Shown: one piece after another, positions 9,694 through 19,754 of the stretch
How positions within the stretch are numbered: position 1 is the first letter of the stretch
Layout: the number at the start of each line of letters is the position of its first letter
Assembly (NCBI GenBank): GCA_041742355.1
Contig: JBGSIV010000040.1
Location: forward strand, 1 to 48,523
DNA length: 48,523 bases
Source of the DNA: Candidatus Zixiibacteriota bacterium
GTDB lineage: Bacteria; Zixibacteria; MSB-5A5; GN15; FEB-12
Reading direction: 5' to 3'
Notes under the pieces: generated by a model
Databases searched by the model: none
What the model was told of the DNA's origin: nothing
What the model saw: the letters and a program-made list of their open reading frames with translations, nothing else
Program-made: the position numbers and the translations under genes

Positions 9694-12600
9694 CTACTTC
9701 TTCCTGCCCATCGGGTCGGTCAGCAGGTTCGCGCCCGTCAGCGGTTGCTTGTCGAGCCCGGGGCCGCGCCACGACACGCCGAGCGCCTGGCCGCCCTTGT
9801 TGTTGAACATCAGTGCTTCGATCCGATGCAATCCGGCCTTGAGGGCGATCTGCCCGGCCAACTCCCCCTCGCCATGAAGGCCATCGTTGTCGACCACCAG
9901 GGAATCGCACACAAATAGCTTGCTGCCATCGTCCGAGGTGATATAGAAGTCGTACAGGCCGTCGGCCGGCACCCGGACATAGCCGACGAAGCTCAGGCCA
10001 TATTCTTCGGGACGGACGAAGGGCGGAATGGCGATCGTGTCCAGAATCTCATCCCGGATCGGTTCCATCGCGCTGAAATCCGGCAGTCGATTCCACTCCC
10101 CTTCATAGTACCGGCAGCGAAGGCCCGGAACAGTGCCCGCTGCCTCGACAGGTTCTTTCGGGATCAGGCGGCTTACCGGGACCTGCGCGACATATCCCTC
10201 CGACCGGCCCTCAGCAAATCCGCGGGCTTTCAACACTCCCGATTCGCGCATCGTGACCGGTCCGGCGTAGAGCGTCGAATTTCCGACCGGGTCGGTGCCG
10301 TCGGTCGTGTAGCGGATCTCCACCGCCGGAATCGGGCTGGACAGGCTGATGGTCGTGCTGTCGATAAACGCGAATCGATCCGCCTGCGCTTTGATGAGCG
10401 CCGCATTCGCTTCATCGTAGAGAGCCTGTGCGGGGCGCACCCGGGGCTGCGCATCAGCCACCGCTGTCGCCGCAAACACCCGGATATTGGGGTTGTTCGG
10501 CAGCGTTATCTGCTTTGCTCCCTTGGGCAGGTCGAGCGACACGAGGAACGCATAGGTGAATCGATATGCGTCGTTTCCATCCGGGGTGTGGCGGTGGGAT
10601 CCGTACCAGGCGACCGGCTGGCGGTTGATGTAGGCTGGTGCGATCAACTCGGGCTCCTCGAGGAAGCGTCCGGCGGTCAGGCGATTGTGCCACTGCCCGA
10701 TCGGCTCGGCCCAATCCTGCACCCAGACCGCAACCGGCGTATCGTCGACGGCAAACGTCCCTTCCGCCGGGCCGCCAACCGCAGCGGCCAGAATGTGCAG
10801 GCGGTTGAAAGGACCTGTCGGAAGATCGATCATCTGTCCTTCGCATCGCACGACGTTGAGCGAGCCAATATCCGTTGGACCAAAAGTATAGGGGACGTCG
10901 AGGTGCGTGATCGTATGGGGAACGAGATCACCGGAAATCGTGCTCCCGAGGCCGTCGAAATCGCCGTCGGTATACGACCCGTCCGCGCTGAATCCGTCTA
11001 TGTTGAACGGCAACGGCACGGCCTGGCACACGCGTGCGGTAGCCGGCATCTGTTTTGGGTTGCCAAGTGTGACCGCAAACGCTTTGGGCTGATAACCGGT
11101 CAGCGAGAACACCAGTTGCCCGTCCTGCACGATCGCTTCGCCGATCGGTTCCTCCGCACCGTCGATCTGGCGAGCGGCTACGATCGGCCACGCGAAACTC
11201 AGCCGCGCGTTCTCGATCGGAGAGCCATGCAGTTCGCGCACGCGGACGACAATCTCGTCGCTCTCTTCCGCCATCTTCACGGCGTTGACAAAAACCTGCG
11301 GCGTTGATGTAGAGACGTTGCACAGGGAGAATGTCTTGACCTGCTCCCCTTTGTGTTTCGGTGTCTGAAAGGCGATCAGCGGCTGGTTGAGTTGGGCCGC
11401 TTCGTACACGACATTCCCCGTCCGCCAGTCTCCTTCGTGCCCGCTGATGGCATAGGTGAGCGTGTGATGCCCGAAATCCTGCGATCGCTCATCCTCGACC
11501 CAGGCCCAGTTCTCGTAGATACCCGGCGTGTGGAGCAACGTCAAACAAAGCGTCTGCGGGTCTGGATGATCCCACCCGTAGCGGCTGTCGTTGAGCACCG
11601 CGACACCGAACGAGCCGTCGGCAGAGGTCATATCCGCCCACTGGTGGGCCGGCACCTCGTACTTCTTCTCGGTGTTGAGGCCGCGCCCGATCGTGCCGAG
11701 CCCGATGTCGTAGGTGACGCTGTCGTTGGGGGAGGTGAAGCGGAAGGCTGCTTTCAGCAGCGACTCCTTCTCGTACCAGTCAATGTCGGTGACAAATTCG
11801 ACCCGATCGCTGCCGGCGGCGAGACGCACCACCGTGCGGAAGGTCGATCGGCCGTGCTGCTGCACGACTTCGATAGCCCCCCGGGCCGGGCCGTTTTCGA
11901 TCACGCGGATGGCCGCTTGACCGCCGATAACTGACTTCGGTCCGGCCTGCAGATCCTCATACTGAATCTCCCACGCCGGCCACTGCTTCGGCTTGTTGTA
12001 GAAGATTTCGAGTGCTACCGGCGCGGCAAGCAGTTCGCGGTTGAGCCGCTTGTCGAACATGCTCGCCACCTGCCCCTGTTCATTCAGGGAAACGCGGTAG
12101 CGTTCGTTCTCCAATGAGCTCTCTGTTGCCGAGACCAGAGCGTTCACCTTGCCCGGCTTCTTCGCCGGGCGGACATCGTACACGCTGTACCCGACGGAAG
12201 GTACCGACGAGGCAAAGGCGACAACCAGAGCGTTGCCGTCAGCACCAACAATCTGCGACGGCACTTCCTTGCCATCCGGCCCGAAAACCTGCACAGCCGC
12301 AGGCACGGGGCTGTCGAACAGCACGGTTGCTTCAACGACATCGCGCCGCTCGACTGCAACCGGGTTGTACACGACGACCGGGATACCCTTGGTGCGCGTG
12401 TCCAGCATGGGGACCGTGGCTCCGACCGCATGTTCGAGCATCTGCGAGAACCGGTTCATGCAGAGGATCTGGTCATTCCAGGAGAATTCGTACGCCTCGG
12501 GAATACTCGTGCCGGTCAGATCGTCGTGGAACTGGTGCCACAGGAATCGGATCCACGTGTCCTGAAGTGCCTCCCGGGGATAGGTCATCCGGCGGAAGAG

Positions 12601-13614
12601 AGAGCCGATAACGGATGCCCGTTCGGTCGCGTCGGCGAGCAGTTCGTTGCGGCGGTTCCAGCGTTTCATCGCCGACTGCGAGGTGTAGCAGCCCGCGCCG
12701 TGGCGGGTCATGAGCAGCTCGCCGTCGTAAAGAGGGAGCTGCGCTTCCGGCGTCGCCGCCACGAGGTCGGCCAGGTCATCCGCGCCGATGCTCTTCACCT
12801 GCAGAGGACCGTTGCTCTCCAGGGAACGTTGCAACCAGGCTACCGAAGTCGATTCCGGTGCTCCCCCTTGATCGCCGGTGCCGAAATACATGTAGGCGGC
12901 GCGCAGTCCCGATTTCTGGAACTGTTCCCGCACTCGTCCCATCCAGAGTGTGTCGCACGACAGATCGCCGGTGATGCGGGCGACATACTCACCCGGGCGG
13001 ATCCCGGCGACAATACGGGAGCCATCGACTCCCTGCCACAGGCCGATGTCGAACGGTACGCCGACGGCCGATCCCCATGACAGCTTTTGCGTGGAAAAGC
13101 TCCGGAGGCCGCAGTGGGCGGCGATCGACGGCAGTGCGTAGCCGAAGCCGAAGCAGTCAGGCAGGAAGATGTCGCGGCTGGTCTTGCCGAATTCGCGTTT
13201 GTAATAGCCGTTGCCGTAGAGTGTGTGCCGCACGAGCGACTCAAACGACGGCATGTTGACGTCGACCGCGTCGACCCAGCTGCCGGTCACCCGCCAGCGG
13301 CCGTCGCGGATGTACCCCCGCAGCCGCTCGAACTCCTCGGGATAGTACTCGCGGGCGAGCTGGTAGCGAAAGGCTCCTTCGAAACTGAACACGTAGCCAG
13401 GGTAGAGGTCGAGCAGTTTGAAATTGTCGTTGAGGGTCGCGGGAATGAACTCATTAATCGTGTTACGGATCGTCCAGCGCCATTGCGTATCGAGGTGCGC
13501 TGTCGCCACGACGCCCAGAGTCCCCTGTTTGGCCGTTGTCGTATCAACCCGCTGCCCGTACACGTGTGCCACGAACAATATACAGGCAAGTCCCATGAAC
13601 AGTGCGCGCTTCAT
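9694..13614 (-). CDS. Secreted GH38 alpha-mannosidase with C-terminal FN3/chitobiase-like and PA14 domains
   Basis: Signal peptide; AHLDTQWRW, LPDCFGF, QFHDDLTGTS and YEVPAHQWAD motifs; IRYTTDGTDP; SDDGSKL..DNDGLH (PA14). Confidence 0.9.
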   Translation of the reverse strand: MKRALFMGLACILFVAHVYGQRVDTTTAKQGTLGVVATAHLDTQWRWTIRNTINEFIPATLNDNFKLLDLYPGYVFSFEGAFRYQLAREYYPEEFERLRGYIRDGRWRVTGSWVDAVDVNMPSFESLVRHTLYGNGYYKREFGKTSRDIFLPDCFGFGYALPSIAAHCGLRSFSTQKLSWGSAVGVPFDIGLWQGVDGSRIVAGIRPGEYVARITGDLSCDTLWMGRVREQFQKSGLRAAYMYFGTGDQGGAPESTSVAWLQRSLESNGPLQVKSIGADDLADLVAATPEAQLPLYDGELLMTRHGAGCYTSQSAMKRWNRRNELLADATERASVIGSLFRRMTYPREALQDTWIRFLWHQFHDDLTGTSIPEAYEFSWNDQILCMNRFSQMLEHAVGATVPMLDTRTKGIPVVVYNPVAVERRDVVEATVLFDSPVPAAVQVFGPDGKEVPSQIVGADGNALVVAFASSVPSVGYSVYDVRPAKKPGKVNALVSATESSLENERYRVSLNEQGQVASMFDKRLNRELLAAPVALEIFYNKPKQWPAWEIQYEDLQAGPKSVIGGQAAIRVIENGPARGAIEVVQQHGRSTFRTVVRLAAGSDRVEFVTDIDWYEKESLLKAAFRFTSPNDSVTYDIGLGTIGRGLNTEKKYEVPAHQWADMTSADGSFGVAVLNDSRYGWDHPDPQTLCLTLLHTPGIYENWAWVEDERSQDFGHHTLTYAISGHEGDWRTGNVVYEAAQLNQPLIAFQTPKHKGEQVKTFSLCNVSTSTPQVFVNAVKMAEESDEIVVRVRELHGSPIENARLSFAWPIVAARQIDGAEEPIGEAIVQDGQLVFSLTGYQPKAFAVTLGNPKQMPATARVCQAVPLPFNIDGFSADGSYTDGDFDGLGSTISGDLVPHTITHLDVPYTFGPTDIGSLNVVRCEGQMIDLPTGPFNRLHILAAAVGGPAEGTFAVDDTPVAVWVQDWAEPIGQWHNRLTAGRFLEEPELIAPAYINRQPVAWYGSHRHTPDGNDAYRFTYAFLVSLDLPKGAKQITLPNNPNIRVFAATAVADAQPRVRPAQALYDEANAALIKAQADRFAFIDSTTISLSSPIPAVEIRYTTDGTDPVGNSTLYAGPVTMRESGVLKARGFAEGRSEGYVAQVPVSRLIPKEPVEAAGTVPGLRCRYYEGEWNRLPDFSAMEPIRDEILDTIAIPPFVRPEEYGLSFVGYVRVPADGLYDFYITSDDGSKLFVCDSLVVDNDGLHGEGELAGQIALKAGLHRIEALMFNNKGGQALGVSWRGPGLDKQPLTGANLLTDPMGRKK

Positions 13615-13615
13615 A

Positions 13616-15010
13616 TCACATCCTCTCTACACCGGCGGGCGCCGACGGAAGGGATCCCGATCGCTTCGCTTTGCGGAATCGCCCCTGCTTGAGACGATCC
13701 AGCAGAACGGCGGCGAGGATCACCAGTCCCAGCACCACTTTCTGCGTGTAGGTTTCGACATTGGTGAGGTTCATGCCATTTTGAATCACGGCGATCACGA
13801 ATGCGCCGATGAGTGTTCCGAATATCTTTCCTTCTCCGCCCGAGAGGCTGGTGCCGCCCACGACCACGGCCGCGATCACATACAGCTCGTACGTCACGCC
13901 GTAGGTGGGGGCGCCGCTGCGAAGCTGCGAGGCCATTAGCACTCCGCCGAGCCCGGCCAGCGCGCCGCAGATCGTATAGACGAACAGGAGCACGCCGTTC
14001 ACGCGGATCCCGGCCAGGCGCGCTGCTTCCATATTTCCCCCGGTGGCGTAGATGTATCGCCCGAGCGGCGTGCGGCTCATGAGGACATGAGCGACCAGGT
14101 ACAAGGAAAACATCAATAGAACCGCATACGGCACCCGCAGCAACGGTTCGGCGCCGCGTCCGAGCGTGACGAAGGTCTCCGGCAGCCGGTAAATCGGTTT
14201 CCCCTCCGATATGATGTAAGCGACACCCGCCGCGACCTGCATGATCGCCAGTGTCGCAATGAATGGCGGGATGCGGAAGCGGGTGATCATCACTCCACTG
14301 AACGCTCCGGTCAATCCGCACAGGAGCACCGCAAGCGCGCCGCCGGCCATCATTCCCCCCCATGAGGCCTGCTCGCCGCCGAGATAGCCCACGAACCAGG
14401 CCGCAATCACCGCCGAGAGCGCAACGAGGCTTCCCACCGACAGGTCGATCCCCGCGGTGATGATGACCATGGTCATCCCGATCGCAATGATCGCGATGAC
14501 CGAAATCTGGTTGGCCACGTTGCGGAGGTTGTCGGGAAGGAGAAAGGTCGGCCAGCGGTACGACGGTGGTCTGATGATCTCTGTCGAGGCGAAACGCGGG
14601 AGCTGTTTCAGGATCGACGCCACAGTCGGCGCATACGCTTCGGTGGTGATGACTGTTATGGCGCCGACGGCGGGGTCCATCGATGTCAACTGCTCGCGAA
14701 CGAGCGCAGGCTCGCCGGCGATGGTCCGGGCAATCGAGACGCCCCGATCTTGAAGTCCCTCCGCAAGCGCGGTCACAAACGCGCGATCCTGGTCGTTCGC
14801 GGGAATGATCACGACAATTGCTCCCCCGGGGGAACTCTCGTTCAGGCGCTCGAGGGTTTTGGCCGCCGCATTCGCTCCGGTCGGATGCTGTTCCTGCAGG
14901 GTCAGAATGGAGAACAGAATCGCCAGGAGAACGAGCACACCGAGCATGCCATACTCCGAGAGCAGGCGTCGCGGTTGGAGATTCTGGTGTATGGTGTCGC
15001 GCAGGCTCAT
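13616..15010 (-). CDS. Sugar ABC transporter permease (RbsC-like) with an extra N-terminal soluble domain
   Basis: GIDLSVGS, IPPFIATL, GGNMEAARLAGI and IAAVVVGGTSLSGG motifs. Start placed at ATG 15010. Confidence 0.9.
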   Translation of the reverse strand: MSLRDTIHQNLQPRRLLSEYGMLGVLVLLAILFSILTLQEQHPTGANAAAKTLERLNESSPGGAIVVIIPANDQDRAFVTALAEGLQDRGVSIARTIAGEPALVREQLTSMDPAVGAITVITTEAYAPTVASILKQLPRFASTEIIRPPSYRWPTFLLPDNLRNVANQISVIAIIAIGMTMVIITAGIDLSVGSLVALSAVIAAWFVGYLGGEQASWGGMMAGGALAVLLCGLTGAFSGVMITRFRIPPFIATLAIMQVAAGVAYIISEGKPIYRLPETFVTLGRGAEPLLRVPYAVLLMFSLYLVAHVLMSRTPLGRYIYATGGNMEAARLAGIRVNGVLLFVYTICGALAGLGGVLMASQLRSGAPTYGVTYELYVIAAVVVGGTSLSGGEGKIFGTLIGAFVIAVIQNGMNLTNVETYTQKVVLGLVILAAVLLDRLKQGRFRKAKRSGSLPSAPAGVERM

Positions 15011-15054
15011 GGGAATCTCGTATTCACGTTCGTATTCATTGGGTGCGTCGCCCT

Positions 15055-16578
15055 TCAGGTTGCAAGCGTCATAATCGCTTCCTGCGAAGCGCAGGTCATG
15101 TCGTTGATCTCGCCGGTGATCCGGCCGGCCTTCATCACGAGCACCCGGTCGCACATGCCGATGATCTCCGGCAGTTCCGACGAGATGATGATCACGCCCT
15201 TGCCTGCCGCCGCCAGCTCGTTGATGAGCAGGTAGACCTCGCTCTTCGCGCCGACATCGATTCCACGAGTGGGTTCGTCGAAAATGATCACCTGGAAATC
15301 CGTTTCGAGCCAGCGCGCCAGGAGCAGTTTCTGCTGGTTGCCTCCCGAGAGATCCTGTGCCCGCTGGTGAGGTCCCGCCACCCGTATGTTAAGATTTTTG
15401 ACTCGCTCGGAAAAACGCGATGATTCATACTGCCGCCGGATAAACCCGAAACGCAGCCAGCGGCGCACATTCGGCAGCGAGAAATTCTCCCGTGCCGAGG
15501 CAATCAGCACCAGCCCCTGGTTCTTGCGATCCTCGGTCAGAAGGCAGATGCCGTGATCGATCGCGTCGCGCGGCGATGTAAGCTTGAGTCTTCGGCTGCC
15601 ACAAACAACTTCACCGGCGTCACACCGATCCGCCCCGAAAATCAGTCTGGCCAGTTCGGTCCGCCCGGCTCCCATCAGACCCGTGATCCCGAGCACTTCC
15701 CCGCGGCGCACGTCGAACGAAACATCGCGCACCACTCCGCCGGACAGGCGGCGCACCTCCAGCAAGACTTCGCCAATCGGTGCTTTGACCTTGGGGAACT
15801 CCTGGTCGAGCGGTCGGCCGACCATGTGTTCAATCAACAGCTCCCGGGAGACCTCGCACGCCGCCATGGTCGTAATGGTCCGGCCATCCCGCAGAACCGT
15901 AATTCGATCGGCGATGGAGAAGATCTCGTCGAGTCGGTGGCTCACGAAGACAATGCTGACTCCTCGCGCCACGAGGTCGCGGAGGATGGCGAACAGCCGT
16001 CCGACCTCGGTCGGCGCGATCGCGGCGGTCGGCTCATCCATGATGATAATCCGTGCCTCGGCCGCCAGCGCTCGTGCTATCTCAACCAGCTGTTGCTGGG
16101 CAATGGTCAGTTCCCGGACCATCGTTTCGGGATCGATTTCGACTCCCAGTTGAGCGAACACCGCGCGGGCGTGTTCCTGCTCGCCTCGCTGGTCGAGAAA
16201 CCCGTGCGTGAGTTGCTCCCGGCCGAGAAACAGGTTGGCCGCCGTTGACAGGGTCGGCACGAGCGAGAATTCCTGATGAATGACGGCAATGCCTGCCCGA
16301 AGCGCCGCCTGGGGATTGCCGAATGATATCGCCGAGCCGTCGAGCTCGATCACGCCGGCATCGGATGGATAGACGCCGGTCAGGATTTTGATGAGCGTGC
16401 TTTTCCCCGCGCCATTCTCTCCTACGAGGGCATGGATTTCGCCGCTCTGCAAGTCGAACGAGGCGTCACTGAGCGCCTGCACGCCGGGAAACGCCTTGCG
16501 CATCCCGCGAACGCGAAGAACCGGCGGACGGAGGGAGGGGCCGTATCCGGTTAGTTTGCTCTGTTCGTCACTGGGCAT
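15055..16578 (-). CDS. Sugar ABC transporter ATP-binding protein (RbsA-like, tandem NBD)
   Basis: GENGAGKSTL, DEPT, SHRLDE, LSGGNQQK and DEPTRGIDVGAK motifs. Confidence 0.95.
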   Translation of the reverse strand: MPSDEQSKLTGYGPSLRPPVLRVRGMRKAFPGVQALSDASFDLQSGEIHALVGENGAGKSTLIKILTGVYPSDAGVIELDGSAISFGNPQAALRAGIAVIHQEFSLVPTLSTAANLFLGREQLTHGFLDQRGEQEHARAVFAQLGVEIDPETMVRELTIAQQQLVEIARALAAEARIIIMDEPTAAIAPTEVGRLFAILRDLVARGVSIVFVSHRLDEIFSIADRITVLRDGRTITTMAACEVSRELLIEHMVGRPLDQEFPKVKAPIGEVLLEVRRLSGGVVRDVSFDVRRGEVLGITGLMGAGRTELARLIFGADRCDAGEVVCGSRRLKLTSPRDAIDHGICLLTEDRKNQGLVLIASARENFSLPNVRRWLRFGFIRRQYESSRFSERVKNLNIRVAGPHQRAQDLSGGNQQKLLLARWLETDFQVIIFDEPTRGIDVGAKSEVYLLINELAAAGKGVIIISSELPEIIGMCDRVLVMKAGRITGEINDMTCASQEAIMTLAT

Positions 16579-17530
16579 CGGCCTGCGTATACAGGGCGCA
16601 GGGAATCAGCACGGCCGGTGGGACCGTTCCGCCCGAAACATAGGCCTGTACTGACTCGATCGCTTTCCGTCCGATCTCCGTCGGTTGCTGGATCACATCG
16701 GCATAGATCCGGCCGCCTTTGATCGCTTCGCGCGCCTCCGGAACCGCGTCGAACCCGACAATCGTCACCTTGCCGCTTTTGCCCGCCTTTTCGATTGCCG
16801 CCAAGGCACCCAAAGCGGAGTCATCGTTGATGCCGAATATGGCGGTAACATCCGGATGCGCCTGCAGGATGTCCTCGGCCGTGCGAAAGGCCTGATCCTT
16901 CACGCCGTGGCCGGAGAGCTTGGCCACCACCTCGATCCCCGGCGCTGTGGCCAGTTCATCCTCGAAGCCCTTCACCCGCTGAATTACCGACTCAACCTCC
17001 GGGTGATCGATAATCGCCACCTTGCCCGTCCCCCCGAGCGCCTCGATAATCGCACGGGCAGCCAGTTGACCGCCGGCGACGTTGTCCGAGGCCACGTGCG
17101 ATATGATCCGGACACCTTCGGCGAGACACGCAATGTCTACGGTGAAGACCGGAATGCCGGCATCGTTCGCCGCCTTGATCGCCGTTCCGATCGAACGCGA
17201 ATCACAGGGCGCTACGATAATGGCGTTAACTTTGCGGACGATGAAATCCTGGAGCTGGTCCTTCTGCTTTGCGACATCGAACTCTCCCGCGGTCACCAGC
17301 AGTTCGTACCCCGCAACGTCGGCCGCACCCTGCAGGCCCGCCTCAAGATCCTGATAGAACGGATGAGTCCGCGTAAGCAGGCTGACGCCGACAACGAGCC
17401 GGTTAGTCGCCGGTTGGCTCTGCTCCTTGTTCCCGTCTGACGATTCCTGACTGCAGCCGAGTAGAGCGGTGAGAATACCCCCAATTACGAGTCCCGCGAC
17501 GATTGTCAGAGTCCTGGATACTGTGCGCAT
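16568..17530 (-). CDS. Sugar ABC transporter substrate-binding lipoprotein (RbsB-like)
   Basis: Lipobox LLGC; HPFY, GIPVFTVD, SDNVAGG, NDDSALGA and VGFD motifs. Start at ATG 17530. Confidence 0.9.
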   Translation of the reverse strand: MRTVSRTLTIVAGLVIGGILTALLGCSQESSDGNKEQSQPATNRLVVGVSLLTRTHPFYQDLEAGLQGAADVAGYELLVTAGEFDVAKQKDQLQDFIVRKVNAIIVAPCDSRSIGTAIKAANDAGIPVFTVDIACLAEGVRIISHVASDNVAGGQLAARAIIEALGGTGKVAIIDHPEVESVIQRVKGFEDELATAPGIEVVAKLSGHGVKDQAFRTAEDILQAHPDVTAIFGINDDSALGALAAIEKAGKSGKVTIVGFDAVPEAREAIKGGRIYADVIQQPTEIGRKAIESVQAYVSGGTVPPAVLIPCALYTQADAQ

Positions 17531-17766
17531 AGTGGCCTTTCCTGGCGGCGGGGAGCAACCCCGGACATGCTGTTGTGACTTCCACGAAACTACATTGGCA
17601 GCAGCAGCTTGGCAACAGGTTTTCCCGGGACAGCTGATTCGGTTCTGGAAGGATTCCGATCGGACCAAAGCCGAGAACATAGATCATTGAGAGTATCATA
17701 ACCGTTTTTGCCCCAGTTCTTACAAGTTGTACCAACGCAAGTCTCAGCGGGAGAATACGTTTTCCA

Positions 17767-17794
17767 TTGACAAATGGATTTGTCCATCTATATT
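17767..17794 (+). promoter_or_regulatory. Possible sigma70 promoter overlapped by a palindrome
   Basis: TTGACA (17767) then N16 and TATATT. The inverted repeat GACAAAT-gg-ATTTGTC (17769-17784) overlaps the -35 box. Confidence 0.4.
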
Positions 17795-18005
17795 TCCCGC
17801 CGATAATTGCGATAACTTGTTTCGGCGGTTTCACCGTCGACAACTGCTGTTCGAACAGGTCGACACAGCTGGAGAGATGCAATGATTCGCGCGATTTCCG
17901 ACGGCAAACTCGACGGCGATGTGCTTGCCGCACCCCGGTCGATTCGTCGGCGTATCGGCACATCGGTTTTGCGATGGGCACTCCGTGCTCTTTGCGTGGG
18001 CAAGT

Positions 18006-18023
18006 TTGTGAAGAAATTCACAT
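18006..18023. promoter_or_regulatory. Rex-like operator upstream of the hdr-mvh operon
   Basis: TTGTGAA-GAAA-TTCACAT is one mismatch from the Rex consensus TTGTGAA-N4-TTCACAA. Confidence 0.65.
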
Positions 18024-18225
18024 CCACTGTCAATGCCGGGGGCGTCGCATACCGGCTCGCCAACGCGGCAGCGCCGATACCTGCGGATCATATCGCTCCC
18101 ACCGTTCGATCAGGTCCGGCAGTACGACGTCTGAACTGCCCCGATATGACACCGGCTCCCCGGGTGATTGACGCTGATGAGGGCGGATCCTCGCGGAGAC
18201 GGTGCAGCAAAGGAGACAGTGCTGT

Positions 18226-18855
18226 ATGGAACAGTGGCACGGCTGGGACAAGGTCAGCTACGAGTCTGACCTTGACCACCAATTCGCCGACGAGATCACA
18301 TCGATCCCGGGCGGCGAAAAGCTCTTCAGCTGCATCCAGTGCGGTACCTGTAGCGGGATGTGCCCGCTCAGTACCTACATGGATTTCACGCCCCGCCAGA
18401 TCGTTGCCATGATCCGGGCCGGATTTCGCGGCGAGGTGCTCTCAAGCTACACCACGTGGCTGTGCGCCTCGTGCTACTCGTGCACCGTGGCGTGTCCGCA
18501 GGAAATCAAGATCACCGAGATCATGTACGCCGCAAAACGTATCGCGCTGCGCGACGGCGTCCACCCGAAACGGTTCCCCGCGCAGGTGCTCGCCGGGGAG
18601 TTCTTCGACGGCGTCCAGCGAACCGGCCGCAGTAATGAAGGCCCCCTTCTGTTCAGGTTGTTCCTGAAGACCAAGCCGCTGAAGATGCTCGGGTATGCCG
18701 GCCTCGGGCTCGGCCTGTTCCGTCGCGGCCGCATCTCCGCCAAGATTGAATCGATCAAGCGCAAGGGTGAACTCCGGACCCTGCTCAAAACGATTGAGAA
18801 CGAACACTGGGTTCGCCGGTCTCCCCGGTCCGAGCATAAGGAGACCACGAAATGA
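18226..18855 (+). CDS. hdrC: Heterodisulfide reductase subunit C-like (2x4Fe-4S)
   Basis: CIQCGTCSGMCP and CASCYSCTVACP motifs; AGGAG SD before ATG 18226. Confidence 0.88.
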   Translation: MEQWHGWDKVSYESDLDHQFADEITSIPGGEKLFSCIQCGTCSGMCPLSTYMDFTPRQIVAMIRAGFRGEVLSSYTTWLCASCYSCTVACPQEIKITEIMYAAKRIALRDGVHPKRFPAQVLAGEFFDGVQRTGRSNEGPLLFRLFLKTKPLKMLGYAGLGLGLFRRGRISAKIESIKRKGELRTLLKTIENEHWVRRSPRSEHKETTK

Positions 18856-19754
18856 AGTACCTCTATTACCCCGGCTGCTCGATGAAGAGCACCGGCAAAC
18901 CGTATGAGGAGTCGATGCTGGCCGTCTTCTCCGCCCTGAACCAGGGCCTCGAGGAACTGGTGGACTGGAACTGCTGCGGCGCCACGGCCTACATGTCGAT
19001 TTCCGAGCTGAAGGCGTTCGCCCTGTCGGCCCGCAACTTCGCCCTGGCCGAACAGCAGGCCGTCAACGGAGAAACCAACCTGATCGTCCCCTGCGCCGCC
19101 TGCTACCTTGGCCTCAACAAGGCCCAGAAGAATCTCGAAGAGCACAAGGACATACGCGCGATCATCGACAAGGGCCTCGCCTCGGCCGGCCTGAGCTACA
19201 CCGGTCGGTTCAAGGTACGCCATCCGCTCGATGTTCTTGTCAACGATATCGGGCTTGAGACCATTCAGAAACGGTCCATCCGCCCGCTCGCCGGCCTCAA
19301 GGTTGCCTGTTACTACGGCTGCCAACTCGTGCGTCCGTACGCCGAATTCGACGATGCGCACGAGCCGATGGTCATGGACAGACTCGTGACCGCCCTCGGC
19401 GGCACACCCGTTCCGTGGCCGTTGAAGACCCGCTGCTGCGGCGGTTCGCTCACCGGCACAATCCCCGAAGTCGGCCTGCGCCTGAGCTACATCCTCCTGC
19501 GCGAGGCCCAGCAGCGCGGCTGCGACGTCATCGCGACCGCCTGCCCGCTCTGCCAGTTCAACCTCGAGTGCTACCAGCCGAAAGTCAGCAAGATGTACAA
19601 AGAGCGGATCGATATCCCGATCCTCTTCTTCTCGCAGCTCATGGGCCTGGCGTTCGGCCTGGACAGACGCCCTCTCGGCCTGCACCGGCTGTTCGTACCC
19701 TTCGACCGGACCTTCCCGGTCGCCGCTGCGGAAGGAGGCGCCCATGTCGGCTGA
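18852..19754 (+). CDS. hdrB: Heterodisulfide reductase subunit B (CCG domains)
   Basis: YYPGC, DWNCCG, CAACY, YYGC, CCGG and ACPLCQFNL motifs. Confidence 0.92.
   Translation: MKYLYYPGCSMKSTGKPYEESMLAVFSALNQGLEELVDWNCCGATAYMSISELKAFALSARNFALAEQQAVNGETNLIVPCAACYLGLNKAQKNLEEHKDIRAIIDKGLASAGLSYTGRFKVRHPLDVLVNDIGLETIQKRSIRPLAGLKVACYYGCQLVRPYAEFDDAHEPMVMDRLVTALGGTPVPWPLKTRCCGGSLTGTIPEVGLRLSYILLREAQQRGCDVIATACPLCQFNLECYQPKVSKMYKERIDIPILFFSQLMGLAFGLDRRPLGLHRLFVPFDRTFPVAAAEGGAHVG

Noticed and set aside
8934..17530. D-allose operon (alsBACE-like order with an epimerase)
   Set aside because: The epimerase has canonical Rpe motifs (SPSVLAADF, MSVFPGFGGQ), is separated by the GH38 gene, and no allose kinase or isomerase is present.
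17955..17972. Sigma54 promoter TCGGCAC...TTTTGC before hdrC
   Set aside because: GG-to-GC spacing is 12 nt rather than the required 10.
17531..18225. Short ORFs in the ABC/hdr divergent intergenic region
   Set aside because: No SD or recognisable motifs; the region is better explained as regulatory DNA.
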